A stretch of 64,000 bases of DNA from Thalassotalea sp. (GCA_029237915.1 JAQWHD010000042.1:2929-66928); one strand, 5' to 3'; shown: positions 20,997 through 32,465, counted from the first letter of the stretch. A program made the numbers and translations. Notes: generated from the sequence alone by a model not told the origin.

Positions 20997-21047
20997 ACCT
21001 TCAGGGAAGAAGGTATGCAAATCGCCATGGATGGCTTTAGATTTGTA
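20997..21047 (+). repeat. Two-hairpin GGA-loop element (TwoAYGGAY-like)
   Basis: accttc-AGGGAA-gaaggt then tgcaaatc-gcc-ATGGAT-ggc-ttta-gatttgta. Confidence 0.5.
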
Positions 21048-21101
21048 AGACTAACGGAGCAAGGGTGTCACTAAAGTTTCCTAGCTCTTGGTCCCTATTC
21101 C

Positions 21102-21959
21102 CTATTTCGTATGAAACTGTTCGCAAGCAATTAAAGTATTTTCAATTAAGCTAGCAACTGTCATTGGGCCAACGCCACCCGGTACAGGGGTAATGAATGC
21201 TGCTTTTTCTTTGGCAACATTAAATTCTACATCGCCAACTAACTTACCTGTATCTAGGCGGTTAATACCAACATCGATCACTATCGCGCCTTCTTTAATC
21301 CAATCTCCTGGAATAAATTCAGGCTTACCAACAGCTACTACAACAAGATCTGCTTGGCGAATACGGCCTTCAAGATTCTTGGTAAATCTGTGTGTTGTCG
21401 TCGTTGTACAACCAGCAAGTAATAACTCAAGCGTCATCGGACGGCCAACAATATTAGATGCACCAACAACAACGGCTTCTAAACCATGAGGTTTTACACC
21501 AGTAGACTCTATTAAGGTCATTATGCCTTTAGGTGTACAAGGACGAAGTCCTGGTTGACGTAATGCTAATTTACCTACATTTGCAGGATGAAAGCCATCT
21601 ACATCTTTTTTAGGGTTGATGTGCTCAATAATTAAATTTGCGTTTAACCCTTCTGGTAATGGTAACTGAACTAAAATGCCGTCGATTTCATCGTCATTAT
21701 TTAATTGATCAATAAGAGTGAATAATTCATCTTCGGTTGTTGTTGCAGGCATGTCGAATGACTTTGAAATAAAGCCCACTTCTTCACATGCTTTGCGCTT
21801 ACTACCAACATAAACTTGTGAGGCAGGATCGCTACCGACTAAAACCACGGCTAAGCCAGGGGCTCTTTTGCCTTCGCTAATGCGTAGTTGGACTTTTTCT
21901 TTTACAGAAAGACGAATTTGTTGGGCAATTGCTTTGCCATCGATAAGTTGTGCAGTCAT
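21102..21959 (-). CDS. folD: Methylenetetrahydrofolate dehydrogenase/cyclohydrolase
   Basis: MTAQLIDGK start; [39 protein letters not shown]. Confidence 0.97.
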   Translation of the reverse strand: MTAQLIDGKAIAQQIRLSVKEKVQLRISEGKRAPGLAVVLVGSDPASQVYVGSKRKACEEVGFISKSFDMPATTTEDELFTLIDQLNNDDEIDGILVQLPLPEGLNANLIIEHINPKKDVDGFHPANVGKLALRQPGLRPCTPKGIMTLIESTGVKPHGLEAVVVGASNIVGRPMTLELLLAGCTTTTTHRFTKNLEGRIRQADLVVVAVGKPEFIPGDWIKEGAIVIDVGINRLDTGKLVGDVEFNVAKEKAAFITPVPGGVGPMTVASLIENTLIACEQFHTK

Positions 21960-22173
21960 AGTTCTTATATAGTAGCTAAAATTACCCACGTATTTTCGCA
22001 TAAATTATACAAATGATAAAAGCTTTGTTTGAACTTCTCCGCTATTTTATTTGAAGCTTGTTGCTGAAATGATCTCAAAAGTAACTTTTTTCGTAATTGT
22101 TGCTAGGTTTCACACGTATTTTAGCCAAAATGCTGTAAAAATAAGCGGTTGATAAAATATTCTTAAAAAAGGT

Positions 22174-22209
22174 TTGACGACTAAGTTTCACATAGGTAAT
22201 ATGCGCTCC
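22174..22209 (+). promoter_or_regulatory. Sigma70 promoter of the tRNA operon with GC-rich discriminator
   Basis: TTGACG-17 nt-TAATAT followed by gcgctcc. Confidence 0.8.
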
Positions 22210-22243
22210 GTTGACACAGCAATGTGACTTCAAGAAAATATGT

Positions 22244-22320
22244 CGGTGATTAGCGCAGCTTGGTAGCGCACTTGGTTTGGGTCCAAGGGGTCGCAAGTTC
22301 GAATCTTGCATCACCGACCA
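22244..22320 (+). tRNA. tRNA-Pro(UGG)
   Basis: Cloverleaf; anticodon arm cttgg-ttTGGgt-ccaag; T-loop ttcgaat; encoded CCA; 77 nt. Confidence 0.98.
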
Positions 22321-22381
22321 CTTTTCTAACTTGTTAATTTTTAATGTTAAAGTTAAGATTAGCAAACCCTGTAGTTGTTTT

Positions 22382-22458
<77 letters not shown>

Positions 22459-22485
22459 TTTCCTAGATGGCAAGAAATATACAGT

Positions 22486-22562
22486 GGTGGCTATAGCTCA
22501 GTTGGTAGAGCCCCGGATTGTGATTCCGGTTGTCGTGGGTTCAAATCCCATTAGCCACCCCA
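22486..22562 (+). tRNA. tRNA-His(GUG)
   Basis: ggtggctata start including G-1; anticodon arm ccgga-ttGTGat-tccgg; encoded CCA. Confidence 0.98.
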
Positions 22563-22595
22563 TTTTTCTCCCCAAGAAAAATGAGTAACATGTAT

Positions 22596-22672
22596 CGGTG
22601 ATTAGCGCAGCTTGGTAGCGCACTTGGTTTGGGTCCAAGGGGTCGCAAGTTCGAATCTTGCATCACCGACCA
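22596..22672 (+). tRNA. tRNA-Pro(UGG), second copy
   Basis: Identical to 22244-22320. Confidence 0.98.
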
Positions 22673-23097
22673 CTTTTCAAAAATTCCTATTTGTTCAAAT
22701 TATCAATTATATTCTAAACATCAAATATTCGAACTTGCGAAGCAAGTTTTAAAAATTTGTCTGGAACAAATTTTCACGCACTAGTGCGCCCGAAGGGGAA
22801 AATACAGGACGTATTTTATTCATCTTGCATTCTTTGCACTTAGCGACCACTTTCTTTTTTATTTAAAATCTCCTCTAGTTATAAAATCTAATAAAGTTCG
22901 AATCTTGGCGCATGTAAATATTAGCGACCACTTTTCTTTTTTATTCAAAATATCCTCTAGTTATAAAATCTAGTAAAGTTCGAATCTTGGCGCATGTAAA
23001 TATTAGCGACCACTTTTCAAAAGTTCCTATTTGTTCAAATTATCAATTATATTCTAAACATCAAATATTCGAACTTGCGAAGCAGGTTTTAAAATTT
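22667..23097 (+). repeat. tRNA-Pro-derived trailer repeat array
   Basis: 88-bp unit at 22667 and 23007 (2 mismatches); two ~82-bp tandem units delimited by ttagcgaccac at 22840, 22921 and 23003, each containing aagttcgaatcttg. Confidence 0.85.
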
Positions 23098-23357
23098 ATA
23101 AAAACGCTCTAGTTCCTGGTTTCTGTTTCTTTTTATATATCTGTTACAAAATATAAATATTTTTATGTTTTACCGTTGTTTTTTGATTTATAGACCACAT
23201 ATATGCTCATAGTCATGTGGTATTGATAGTCTAAGTTGTTGTTAGTAAATAAGAACGAAAGCACTATTAAATAAGGTGTACTGTTATTAATAGCTAGCTA
23301 TTTAGCTATAAAATAGTTCATTGCGGGTAACGATTGTTATTACTTATGAGCAAACTG

Positions 23358-23386
23358 TTTACACCTGCGGTTTGCACCGCTATAAT
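23358..23386 (+). promoter_or_regulatory. Probable sigma70 promoter of tig
   Basis: TTTACA-17 nt-TATAAT then GC-rich tccgcgtc. Confidence 0.65.
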
Positions 23387-23599
23387 TCCGCGTCACATTT
23401 TAATCAAATCTATTTTTAATAGATTACAGAACATCTTTTTTATCGAGAGATAATTAGAAGCTTAATAATTAAGTTATCAAAATATTTTTCGAGTCAGTTT
23501 CATTATCAATGGGACTGTACTGATAATAAACATGCTGTTTATTATTAACATTATAGATGCATTAATAGGCGTAAAAACGTCAGAATTTGAGGTAATTAA

Positions 23600-24904
23600 A
23601 TGCAAGTTTCAGTTGAGACTACTCAAGGCTTAGAACGTAAAGTTACAATTTCTGTTCCTGCCGAAACAGTAGATTTAGAAGTTAAAAACCGTCTTCGCCA
23701 CGTAGCAAGAACACAAAAAATCAATGGCTTCCGTCCAGGTAAAGTACCAGCTTCTGTAATTCAGAAGAAATTTGGTGCTGGCGTACGTCAAGAAGTTGCT
23801 GCTGAATTAATGCAGCGTCACTTTGTTGAAGCGATCATGGCTGAGAAGTTAAACCCAGCAGGTCGTCCAGCTTTCGTTGCTAAAAGCAATGAAGAAGGCA
23901 AAGCATTAGAGTTTGATGCAACGTTTGAAATTTACCCAGAAGTTGAATTAGCCGGTCTTGAAACGATTAAAGTTGAAAAGCCAGCAGTTGAAGTAACTGA
24001 GAAAGATCTTGAAGAGATGTTTGTTACTTTACAAAACCAACATAAAACTTGGAAAGAAAACAAGCGTAAAACTAAGAAAGGCGACAAGCTAACTTTAGAC
24101 TTCAATGGTCGTGTTGACGGTGAAGAATTTGAAGGTGGTAAAGCTGAAGCTTTCGAACTTGAACTAGGCGCTGGTCGTATGATCCCTGGTTTTGAAACTG
24201 AAATCACAGGTATGAAAGTTGGCGAAGAGAAAACTATCTCTGTTACTTTCCCTGATGATTACCATGCTGAAAACCTTAAAGGTAAAGAAGCTGAGTTTGA
24301 TATCGTTGTTCACAAAACTGAAGGTCCAGTACTTCCAGAAATTAACGACGAATTCGCAGTTTTATTCGGTGTAGAAGAAGGTGGTGTTGAAGCCCTTCGC
24401 GCTGAAGTTCAAAAGAATATGGAACGTGAATTAACTCAAGCTGTTAAAGCTAAAGTTAAAGAACAAGTTCTTGAAGGTTTAGTTTCTGCTCATGAAATCG
24501 ATGCACCTAAAGCTTTAGTAGCTCAAGAAGTTGATGTTTTACGTCAACAAGCTATGCAACGTTTTGGCAATCAAATGGATCCTAAAAACATGCCACAACT
24601 TCCGGCTGAGATGTTCGACGAACAAGCTCAACGTCGTGTTAAAGTTGGTTTGTTACTAGGTGAAGTAATTAAGTCTAACGACTTAAAAGTAGATGACGAA
24701 AAAGTTAAATCTTTAATCGAGTCTGCTGCTTCTGCTTATGAAGATCCTTCTGAAGTTGTTGCATACTACATGAGCAACAAAGAGATGTTACAACAAATGC
24801 AACACGTTGCATTAGAAGAACAAGCTGTTGAGCTTGTTTTAGAAAAAGCTACAGTTTCTGAAAAGAAAACTGCGTTTAAAGACATCATGAACCCACAAGG
24901 TTAA
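23600..24904 (+). CDS. tig: Trigger factor
   Basis: [13 protein letters not shown], ribosome-binding [12 protein letters not shown] domain GRMIPGFE. Confidence 0.98.
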   Translation: MQVSVETTQGLERKVTISVPAETVDLEVKNRLRHVARTQKINGFRPGKVPASVIQKKFGAGVRQEVAAELMQRHFVEAIMAEKLNPAGRPAFVAKSNEEGKALEFDATFEIYPEVELAGLETIKVEKPAVEVTEKDLEEMFVTLQNQHKTWKENKRKTKKGDKLTLDFNGRVDGEEFEGGKAEAFELELGAGRMIPGFETEITGMKVGEEKTISVTFPDDYHAENLKGKEAEFDIVVHKTEGPVLPEINDEFAVLFGVEEGGVEALRAEVQKNMERELTQAVKAKVKEQVLEGLVSAHEIDAPKALVAQEVDVLRQQAMQRFGNQMDPKNMPQLPAEMFDEQAQRRVKVGLLLGEVIKSNDLKVDDEKVKSLIESAASAYEDPSEVVAYYMSNKEMLQQMQHVALEEQAVELVLEKATVSEKKTAFKDIMNPQG

Positions 24905-25032
24905 TCTAATTGATAACAATCTAGAGTTTTTCTACTTTAGAGCTGTATATTGATTGACATTGTCTTGCGCAATAGCTTAAATGGCTTATATGAATTCATA
25001 TAAGCCATTTTTATTTTTTAAGGATATATTTT

Positions 25033-25656
25033 TTGTTTAATTCTAATAATAACTCATCTGCAATTGAAAATGCGTTAGTACCTATGGTTGTTGAGCAAAC
25101 GGCAAAGGGTGAACGTTCGTTTGATATTTATTCTCGTTTATTAAAAGAGCGAGTAATTTTCTTATGTGGGCAAGTAGAAGAGCATATGGCTAATCTAATT
25201 GTCGCTCAATTATTGTTTCTTGAGTCAGAAAGTCCAGATAAAGACATCTTTATCTATATCAACTCTCCGGGTGGCTCTGTAACTGCGGGTATGGCTATAT
25301 ACGATACCATGCAATTTATTAAACCAAACGTAAGCACTGTATGTATGGGCCAAGCAGCAAGCATGGGCGCATTCTTATTAACAGCTGGTGAGAAGGGCAA
25401 ACGTTTTTGTTTACCAAATGCACGTGTAATGATCCATCAACCACTAGGTGGTTTCCAAGGTCAAGCATCTGACTTTGAAATACATGCCAAAGAAATCCTG
25501 TCTATTAAAGATAAGTTGAATCGTTTAATGGCTGACCATACTGGTCAAGATTTAGAGAAAGTTACTAACGATACTGACCGTGATAACTTCTTAAGTGCCC
25601 AAGAAGCGGTTGATTATGGATTAGTTGACGCCATATTAACGCAAAGAAAAGATTAG
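25033..25656 (+). CDS. clpP: ATP-dependent Clp protease proteolytic subunit
   Basis: [38 protein letters not shown]; TTG start after AAGGA. Confidence 0.97.
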   Translation: MFNSNNNSSAIENALVPMVVEQTAKGERSFDIYSRLLKERVIFLCGQVEEHMANLIVAQLLFLESESPDKDIFIYINSPGGSVTAGMAIYDTMQFIKPNVSTVCMGQAASMGAFLLTAGEKGKRFCLPNARVMIHQPLGGFQGQASDFEIHAKEILSIKDKLNRLMADHTGQDLEKVTNDTDRDNFLSAQEAVDYGLVDAILTQRKD

Positions 25657-25808
25657 TTTTCACAGCTAAATACTTGAGTAGTACAAACCGCAACTTAAGT
25701 CTATTAAGTTGTGATTTGCGTAATTTGTGAAATACTTAGAGTAATGCCCTTGGTGTTACAGCAAAGATCTCGGTAGAGATCACTAGAAATAAATTGAGGA
25801 AAAACCGT

Positions 25809-27086
25809 ATGACCGATGAAATTAAAGGTAGCGGTGATAACGAAAAGTTATTGTATTGTTCGTTCTGTGGTAAAAGCCAGCACGAAGTTCGTAAGCTCAT
25901 TGCCGGACCTTCTGTGTTTGTGTGTGATGAGTGTGTCGAGCTTTGTAATGACATTATCCGCGAAGAAATTAAAGATATTTCTCCAAAAGCAGAAAGTGAA
26001 GAGTTACCTACACCCGCTGAAATTCGTGCCAACCTAGACGATTACGTTATAGGTCAGTCGCATGCGAAAAAAGTTTTATCAGTTGCCGTGTACAACCACT
26101 ATAAACGTTTACGCAATGGCGATAAGCATAATGGCGTAGAGTTAGGTAAGTCGAATATCTTGCTTATTGGCCCTACAGGGTCGGGTAAAACCTTACTTGC
26201 TGAAACTTTAGCTCGTATGCTTGACGTACCTTACACTATGGCTGATGCAACGACATTAACCGAAGCTGGTTATGTTGGTGAAGATGTTGAAAACATCATT
26301 CAGAAATTACTGCAAAAATGTGATTACGATGTAGAAAAAGCCCAACGTGGTATTGTTTACATTGATGAGATTGATAAAATTTCTCGCAAATCAGATAACC
26401 CATCAATCACTCGTGATGTGTCAGGTGAAGGTGTACAACAAGCATTATTAAAACTTGTTGAAGGTACCATTGCTGCCGTACCACCACAAGGTGGTCGTAA
26501 ACACCCACAACAAGAGTTCTTACAAGTAGATACTTCTAAGATCTTATTTATCTGTGGTGGTGCTTTTGCTGGCTTAGATAAAGTTATCGAACAACGTACT
26601 ACTAAAAACAGTGGTATAGGTTTTGGTGCTACCGTTAAAGGTAATGACGAGAAAAAATCACTTACCCAAAACTTCCAAGAAGTTGAGCCGGAAGATTTAA
26701 TTAAATACGGTTTAATACCTGAATTTATCGGTCGTTTACCTGTAGTAGCAACTCTTACCGAGCTTGACGAAGATGCGTTAATTCAAATCTTACAAGAGCC
26801 AAAGAATGCATTAACTAAACAGTTTACTGCATTGTTTGATATGGAAGGTGTTGAACTTGAGTTTCGTGAAGATGCGTTAAAAGCAATTGCTAATAAAGCC
26901 ATGGTCCGTAAAACCGGTGCCCGTGGTTTACGCTCAATTGTTGAAGGCGTATTACTTGATACTATGTACGAATTGCCGTCGTTAAGCGATGCCAGCAAGG
27001 TAGTCGTTGATGAAGCGGTAATTAAGGGCGAGTCAAAGCCATTAATTATCTTTGAATCACAAGACCAACAAGTAAATGGCGAATAG
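25809..27086 (+). CDS. clpX: ATP-dependent Clp protease ATP-binding subunit ClpX
   Basis: Zn finger [29 protein letters not shown]. Confidence 0.98.
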   Translation: MTDEIKGSGDNEKLLYCSFCGKSQHEVRKLIAGPSVFVCDECVELCNDIIREEIKDISPKAESEELPTPAEIRANLDDYVIGQSHAKKVLSVAVYNHYKRLRNGDKHNGVELGKSNILLIGPTGSGKTLLAETLARMLDVPYTMADATTLTEAGYVGEDVENIIQKLLQKCDYDVEKAQRGIVYIDEIDKISRKSDNPSITRDVSGEGVQQALLKLVEGTIAAVPPQGGRKHPQQEFLQVDTSKILFICGGAFAGLDKVIEQRTTKNSGIGFGATVKGNDEKKSLTQNFQEVEPEDLIKYGLIPEFIGRLPVVATLTELDEDALIQILQEPKNALTKQFTALFDMEGVELEFREDALKAIANKAMVRKTGARGLRSIVEGVLLDTMYELPSLSDASKVVVDEAVIKGESKPLIIFESQDQQVNGE

Positions 27087-27115
27087 GGCCGTTTAAATGT
27101 GCTAACGTTAACTTT

Positions 27116-27139
27116 AAAAGGCCCATGAGGGCCTTTTTT
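27116..27139 (+). terminator. Terminator after clpX
   Basis: aaaaggccc-atga-gggcctttt. Confidence 0.85.
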
Positions 27140-27226
27140 ATTGGTTTAATTTAAGCTCGATAATTTAACCAATTTAAATTTATATTCTAAAAATATAGCA
27201 TAATTGCTATAAATTTCATTTACGTA

Positions 27227-27253
27227 TTGAAACCTTTCTACCTATCCCCATAT
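27227..27253 (+). promoter_or_regulatory. Sigma32 (RpoH) promoter of lon
   Basis: TTGAAA-13 nt-CCCCATAT matches the sigma32 consensus; lon is a known heat-shock gene. Confidence 0.85.
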
Positions 27254-27344
27254 ACTTAATATAGATAAAAATAAATCCATCAAATATTGATCAAAATTAA
27301 TCAACTGATTTGATGATGTTCTTCACTTTCCAAGAGACCTTTTC

Positions 27345-29692
27345 ATGACCGTAGAGAATTCAGGACATATAGAAACACCAGTATTAGCCTTACGCGATGT
27401 TGTCGTTTACCCACAAATGGTGATCCCTTTATTTGTTGGCCGCGAAAAATCAATTCGTTGTCTAGATCGTGCGATGGACAATGATAAAAAAGTATTTTTG
27501 GTTGCGCAAAAAGACGCAACTATTGATGATCCGCTTGCCGAAGACTTATACCAAGTAGGTACAGTCGCGACTATTTTACAAATGCTAAAATTGCCTGACG
27601 GTACAGTTAAGGTATTAGTTGAAGGTACACAGCGTGCCACAATCAAACAGTTCACTGAAACAGAAGACTACTTTATTGCCGATCTTGATTTACTCGAAGC
27701 AACAAATGTTGATGATGAAAATAATGAAGTATTAGTTCGCTCGGCGCTTTCTCAGTTTGAAGGTTATGTAAAACTTAATAAAAAAATCCCACCTGAAGTA
27801 TTAACTTCGGTATCGGCGATAGATAACGCTGAACAGCTTGCTGATACCATGGCAGCTCATATGCCACTTAAGTTACAGGACAAACAGCACGTTTTAGAAA
27901 TTGCCGATGTCAATCAACGTTTAGAATATCTAATGGCGTTGATGGAAGGCGAGATTGACTTACTGCAGGTTGAAAAGAAAATCCGTGGCCGTGTTAAAAA
28001 GCAAATGGAAAAAAGCCAACGCGAGTACTATTTGAATGAGCAAATGAAAGCGATTCAAAAAGAACTTGGCGATATGGATGATGTGCCTGATGAAGCCGAA
28101 CAGTTACTGAAAAAAATTGAAGAAGCGCAAATGCCAGAAGAAGCTAAGGATAAAACCTTAGCTGAACTGCAAAAATTAAAAATGATGTCACCTATGTCAG
28201 CAGAAGCTACAGTCGTTCGTAGCTACATTGACTGGATGATTTCAGTGCCATGGAAAAAACGCAGCAAATTAAAACGTAATTTAGCACTGGCTGAAGAAGT
28301 GCTTAATAAAGACCATTTCGGTTTAGAAGAAGTTAAAGAACGTATCCTTGAGTACCTAGCCGTACAACAACGAGTGACACAATTAAAAGGTCCTATTCTT
28401 TGTTTAGTTGGTCCTCCTGGGTTGGTAAAACCTCACTTGGTCAATCAATCGCGAAATCTACTGGGCGTAAATACGTACGTATGGCGCTTGGCGGGGTAAG
28501 AGATGAAGCTGAAATTCGTGGTCATCGCCGTACCTATATCGGTTCTATGCCAGGTAAGTTAATTCAAAAAATGGCAAAAGCAGAAGTTAAAAATCCACTG
28601 TTTTTACTAGATGAAATTGACAAAATGGCATCTGATATGCGCGGCGATCCAGCATCTGCTTTATTAGAAGTTTTAGATCCAGAGCAAAATACCACATTCA
28701 ACGATCACTACCTTGAGGTTGATTACGATTTATCTGATGTAATGTTTGTGGCGACTTCTAACAGCATGAACATTCCTGGTCCTTTACTTGATCGTATGGA
28801 AGTTATTCGTTTATCGGGTTACACCGAAGATGAAAAGCTTAACATCGCTCGTAATCATCTTTTAACTAAGCAAATTAAACGTAATGGTTTAAAAGATAAA
28901 GAGATCAGCATCGAAGACAGCGCAATTATTGGCATTATTCGTTACTACACTCGAGAAGCTGGTGTACGTAGCTTAGAGCGTGAAATTTCAAAGTTATGCC
29001 GCAAAGCTGTTAAGAAAATTTTACTAAATAAAGACCTTAAACAAGTCGTTATTAGCCAAGATAATCTTGAAGAATTCCTAGGTGTGCAACGTTGTGACTA
29101 TGGTAAAGCTGAAGACGAAAACCGTATCGGTCAAGTTACTGGTTTGGCATGGACTGAAGTAGGCGGTGAATTACTTACTATTGAAGCCGCATCTGTACCA
29201 GGTAAGGGTAAGTTACAATTCACCGGTTCATTAGGTGAAGTGATGCAAGAGTCGATTCAAGCTGCATTAACGGTTGTGCGCAGTCGTACTGAAACACTAC
29301 GTATTAATGAAGACTTTAATGAAAAACGCGATATTCACGTGCATGTTCCAGAAGGTGCAACCCCTAAAGATGGTCCAAGTGCAGGTATTGGTATGTGTAC
29401 TGCTTTAGTATCAAGCTTAACGGGTAACCCGGTTAAAGCAGATGTAGCAATGACAGGTGAAATTACCTTACGTGGTGAAGTATTGGCAATTGGTGGTTTA
29501 AAAGAAAAACTACTAGCTGCTCATCGCGGTGGTATTAAAACTGTTATTATTCCACATGAAAATGAACGTGACTTAAAAGATATTCCTGATAATGTGAAAG
29601 CCGATCTTACAATTCACCCAGTAAAATGGATTGATGAAGTGCTTAAAATCGCCTTAGCTGAATCGCCTGATAAGTTTACTATCGGTAAGTAA
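27345..29692 (+). pseudogene. lon: Lon protease, split by a 1-nt deletion in Walker A (real frameshift or sequencing error)
   Basis: ORF 27345-28499 reads ..CLVGPPG, then the sequence continues in the other frame as VGKTSLGQS... (ORF 28400-29692, with KDGPSAG and GGLKEK). One extra G at 28419-28421 restores a 782-aa Lon. Confidence 0.9.
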
Positions 29693-30027
29693 TCGCAATA
29701 ATTTAAGCAATCTGATTTTTATCAAAATTGCTTGTTGTATTAAAAAATGAGCAGTTTTGCTCATTTTTTGTTAAAAAAATCAAAAAACTTAATAAAAATT
29801 GAAATTAACGCTTTTCAAACGCAAATACTGTGATAGTCTGAGAATCGAAACCAAGCCAAATCCCCCCAAGCTTAGTTAAAGCAAGGGATTTGCCAATTTT
29901 TAAATTACTATAATAAGATTATTTGTCTTATTAGAATAACTGGAGTTTGTTAAAGGTTTTGTCACCGTAAAAGAACGGTTAAGCAAAATTTTGCGCTCCA
30001 AATAATAACAATTAAAGGGGAAACATT

Positions 30028-30300
30028 GTGAATAAGTCTCAACTTATCGAAAAAATCGCAGCAGGTGCTGACATTTCTAAAGCGGCTGCAGGTCGTGCAC
30101 TAGATTCTTTTATCGATGCTGTTACAGATGAATTAAAGTCGGGTGAGCAAGTTGCTCTTGTTGGTTTCGGTACTTTTTCAGTACGTGACCGCGCAGCTCG
30201 TACAGGTCGTAACCCACAAACTGGTGCAACTATTGAAATCGCAGCAGCTAAAGTTCCAGCATTTAAAGCCGGTAAAGCGCTTAAAGATGCAGTAAACTAG
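30028..30300 (+). CDS. hupB: DNA-binding protein HU-beta
   Basis: [40 protein letters not shown]; lon-hupB-ppiD synteny. Confidence 0.96.
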   Translation: MNKSQLIEKIAAGADISKAAAGRALDSFIDAVTDELKSGEQVALVGFGTFSVRDRAARTGRNPQTGATIEIAAAKVPAFKAGKALKDAVN

Positions 30301-30314
30301 AACTCTTTCTAGTT

Positions 30315-30345
30315 AAAAAAAAGCTGACTTAAGTCAGCTTTTTTT
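30315..30345 (+). terminator. Terminator after hupB
   Basis: aaaaaaaagctgac-ttaa-gtcagcttttttt. Confidence 0.85.
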
Positions 30346-30559
30346 ATGCCTGAAATATAATCAACTCGAGCCATTTTTAGTACCTAGGCGATAAACTAGC
30401 TTTAAATAAAAAATAACTTCATCTTTTTAACTATAAGGCTTCAAGCTGAGCTAAGTGTTTGCTACAATCGCGTAATCAAAAATTTAATGCCCATTCTATA
30501 AGTGGCATAATACCAAGTTGTTATTTGCTTGGTATCAGTCCAAAAATAAAGAGACATAC

Positions 30560-32449
30560 ATGTTAGAAAGAATCAGAGAAGGCTCAAGCGGTATTACTGC
30601 TAAAGTAATTTTAGGCCTAGTTATTGCTACATTCGTATTTGCTGGTGTAGGTAGTTACAACAACAGTGTAGATACTTCGGTAGCCATTGTTAATGGTGAC
30701 AAAATTAGCCAACAAAAATTTGATAATGCTTATCAAAATCAACGTAACCGCATGCAACAACAATACGGTGAAATGTTTGAGCAATTAGCAAGTAATGATC
30801 TTTACATGCAAAATTTACGCACTAATGTGTTAGAGCAACAAATCAACGAATTATTACTTGACCAACACGCAGCAAAATTAAATATCCGCGTTAGTGACGA
30901 GCAAATCAAACAAGCAATATTAACGACTCCTGAATTTCAAATTGATGGTAAATTTGATAACAACCGTTACTTAATGGTAATTAACCAAGCTGGTTTTTAT
31001 CAAGCAACGGCATTTAGAGACTATTTACGAGTAGATATGACTCGTCGTCAACTGATCAATAGCATCATGGCGTCAGAGTTCAGCTTACCTTACCAACAAG
31101 ATTTAGCGGTTAAGTTAAACAATCAAACACGTGATATTAACTACGCAACAATCTCAGCAGAGCAATTTAAAGCGACTACTCAAGTTTCAGATGAAGAAGT
31201 AAATGAGTACTATCAAGCTAACCTTGCTCGCTTTGCAACACCAGAGCAAATTAAAGTTGAATATGTGCACTTAGACATTAATGCCATTAAAGCTGATGTA
31301 ATGCTTGCTGACAATGCTGTAGCAGATTATTACCAAGATAACCTTGACTCATACTCAACAACTGAACGTCGCCGTGCGTCGCACATCTTAATTGAGTTTG
31401 CCGACGATGAAGCTGCCGCTAAGCAAAAAGCTCAAGACCTTCTTGCGCAAGTGCAAGCGGGTGAAGACTTTGCCGAGCTTGCAAAACAACACTCTGCTGA
31501 TACGTTCAGTGGCGAAAACGGTGGTGACTTAGACTGGTTTGAAAAAGGCAGTATGGATCCTAGTTTTGATGACGCTGTATTTGCGTTATCGTTAGAAAGC
31601 AACTTAAGCTCTGTAGTAAGAACTGATTTTGGTTTCCACATCATTAAACTTACTGACTTAGAAGCGGTAACTACACAAGCGTTCACTGAAGTTGAAGCTG
31701 AAATTAGTGAGTTATTAAAACAAGAACAAGCCCTTGAAACATTTTATGCACTACAAGGCGAGTTAGCTGAAGTAGCATTTGAATCACCAGATTCATTAGA
31801 CGAATCAGCAAGCGTTGTTAATGTTGAAATCAAACAAAGCCCTTGGTTAACAAGAGGCGCTGCAATGGCACCGTTTAACGCAGAAGTTGTTGCTGCTGCA
31901 TTTTCTGATGATGTTTTATTAGATAACTTAAACTCAGAAGTTATTGAAGTAGCCACGGATGAATCAGCAATGGTTATTCGTGTATTAGAGCACAAGCCTT
32001 CTGCAACTAAACCATTAACGGACGTTGCGGCAATAATTAACAGTCAATTAATCAATACTAAAGCCGCTGCACAAGCGAAAGACGCTGCAGAAAGCTTACT
32101 AGCTAAAGTTGTTGCTGGCGATGACGTTAGCGCTACAGAATTTGTTGCTGTTGCCGATGTACCTCGTGTAGGTGGCACTGTTGATGCTAATATTAGCAAA
32201 CAAGCTTTCTTATTAGCTCACCCAAGCCAAAACACAGTTTCTGCGGCAGTAGCGGCATTAAATAATGGCGACTACAGCGTAGTGCAGGTAACTAAAGTTA
32301 CTTCAGGTGCAGTAACTGAAACTGACGCTAACTTAGGTGAACAGCAAGTAATGAGCGCATCACAAGCAACGTTTGAAGGTTACATCGAAGACTTAAAAGC
32401 ACAAGCTGAAATTACTCGTAATTTACCAAGTAATTCAACGCAGTTCTAA
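30560..32449 (+). CDS. ppiD: Periplasmic folding chaperone PpiD
   Basis: MLERIREG start; N-terminal TM, SurA-like domain, parvulin motif RRASHILI...GGDLDWF...FGFHII. Confidence 0.95.
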   Translation: MLERIREGSSGITAKVILGLVIATFVFAGVGSYNNSVDTSVAIVNGDKISQQKFDNAYQNQRNRMQQQYGEMFEQLASNDLYMQNLRTNVLEQQINELLLDQHAAKLNIRVSDEQIKQAILTTPEFQIDGKFDNNRYLMVINQAGFYQATAFRDYLRVDMTRRQLINSIMASEFSLPYQQDLAVKLNNQTRDINYATISAEQFKATTQVSDEEVNEYYQANLARFATPEQIKVEYVHLDINAIKADVMLADNAVADYYQDNLDSYSTTERRRASHILIEFADDEAAAKQKAQDLLAQVQAGEDFAELAKQHSADTFSGENGGDLDWFEKGSMDPSFDDAVFALSLESNLSSVVRTDFGFHIIKLTDLEAVTTQAFTEVEAEISELLKQEQALETFYALQGELAEVAFESPDSLDESASVVNVEIKQSPWLTRGAAMAPFNAEVVAAAFSDDVLLDNLNSEVIEVATDESAMVIRVLEHKPSATKPLTDVAAIINSQLINTKAAAQAKDAAESLLAKVVAGDDVSATEFVAVADVPRVGGTVDANISKQAFLLAHPSQNTVSAAVAALNNGDYSVVQVTKVTSGAVTETDANLGEQQVMSASQATFEGYIEDLKAQAEITRNLPSNSTQF

Positions 32450-32465
32450 ATAACTCGTTAGATAC

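Noticed and set aside
22075-22365. 96-aa ORF on the minus strand
   Set aside because: Antisense shadow of tRNA-Pro and its promoter.
22840-23016. Regularly spaced ttagcgaccac repeats as a possible CRISPR array
   Set aside because: The intervening sequences are near-identical rather than unique, the repeat derives from the tRNA 3' end, and there are no cas genes.
28400-29692. Independent 430-aa protease gene, or programmed frameshift in lon
   Set aside because: It is the C-terminal half of Lon. No slippery heptamer or downstream structure is evident, and the break falls inside Walker A.
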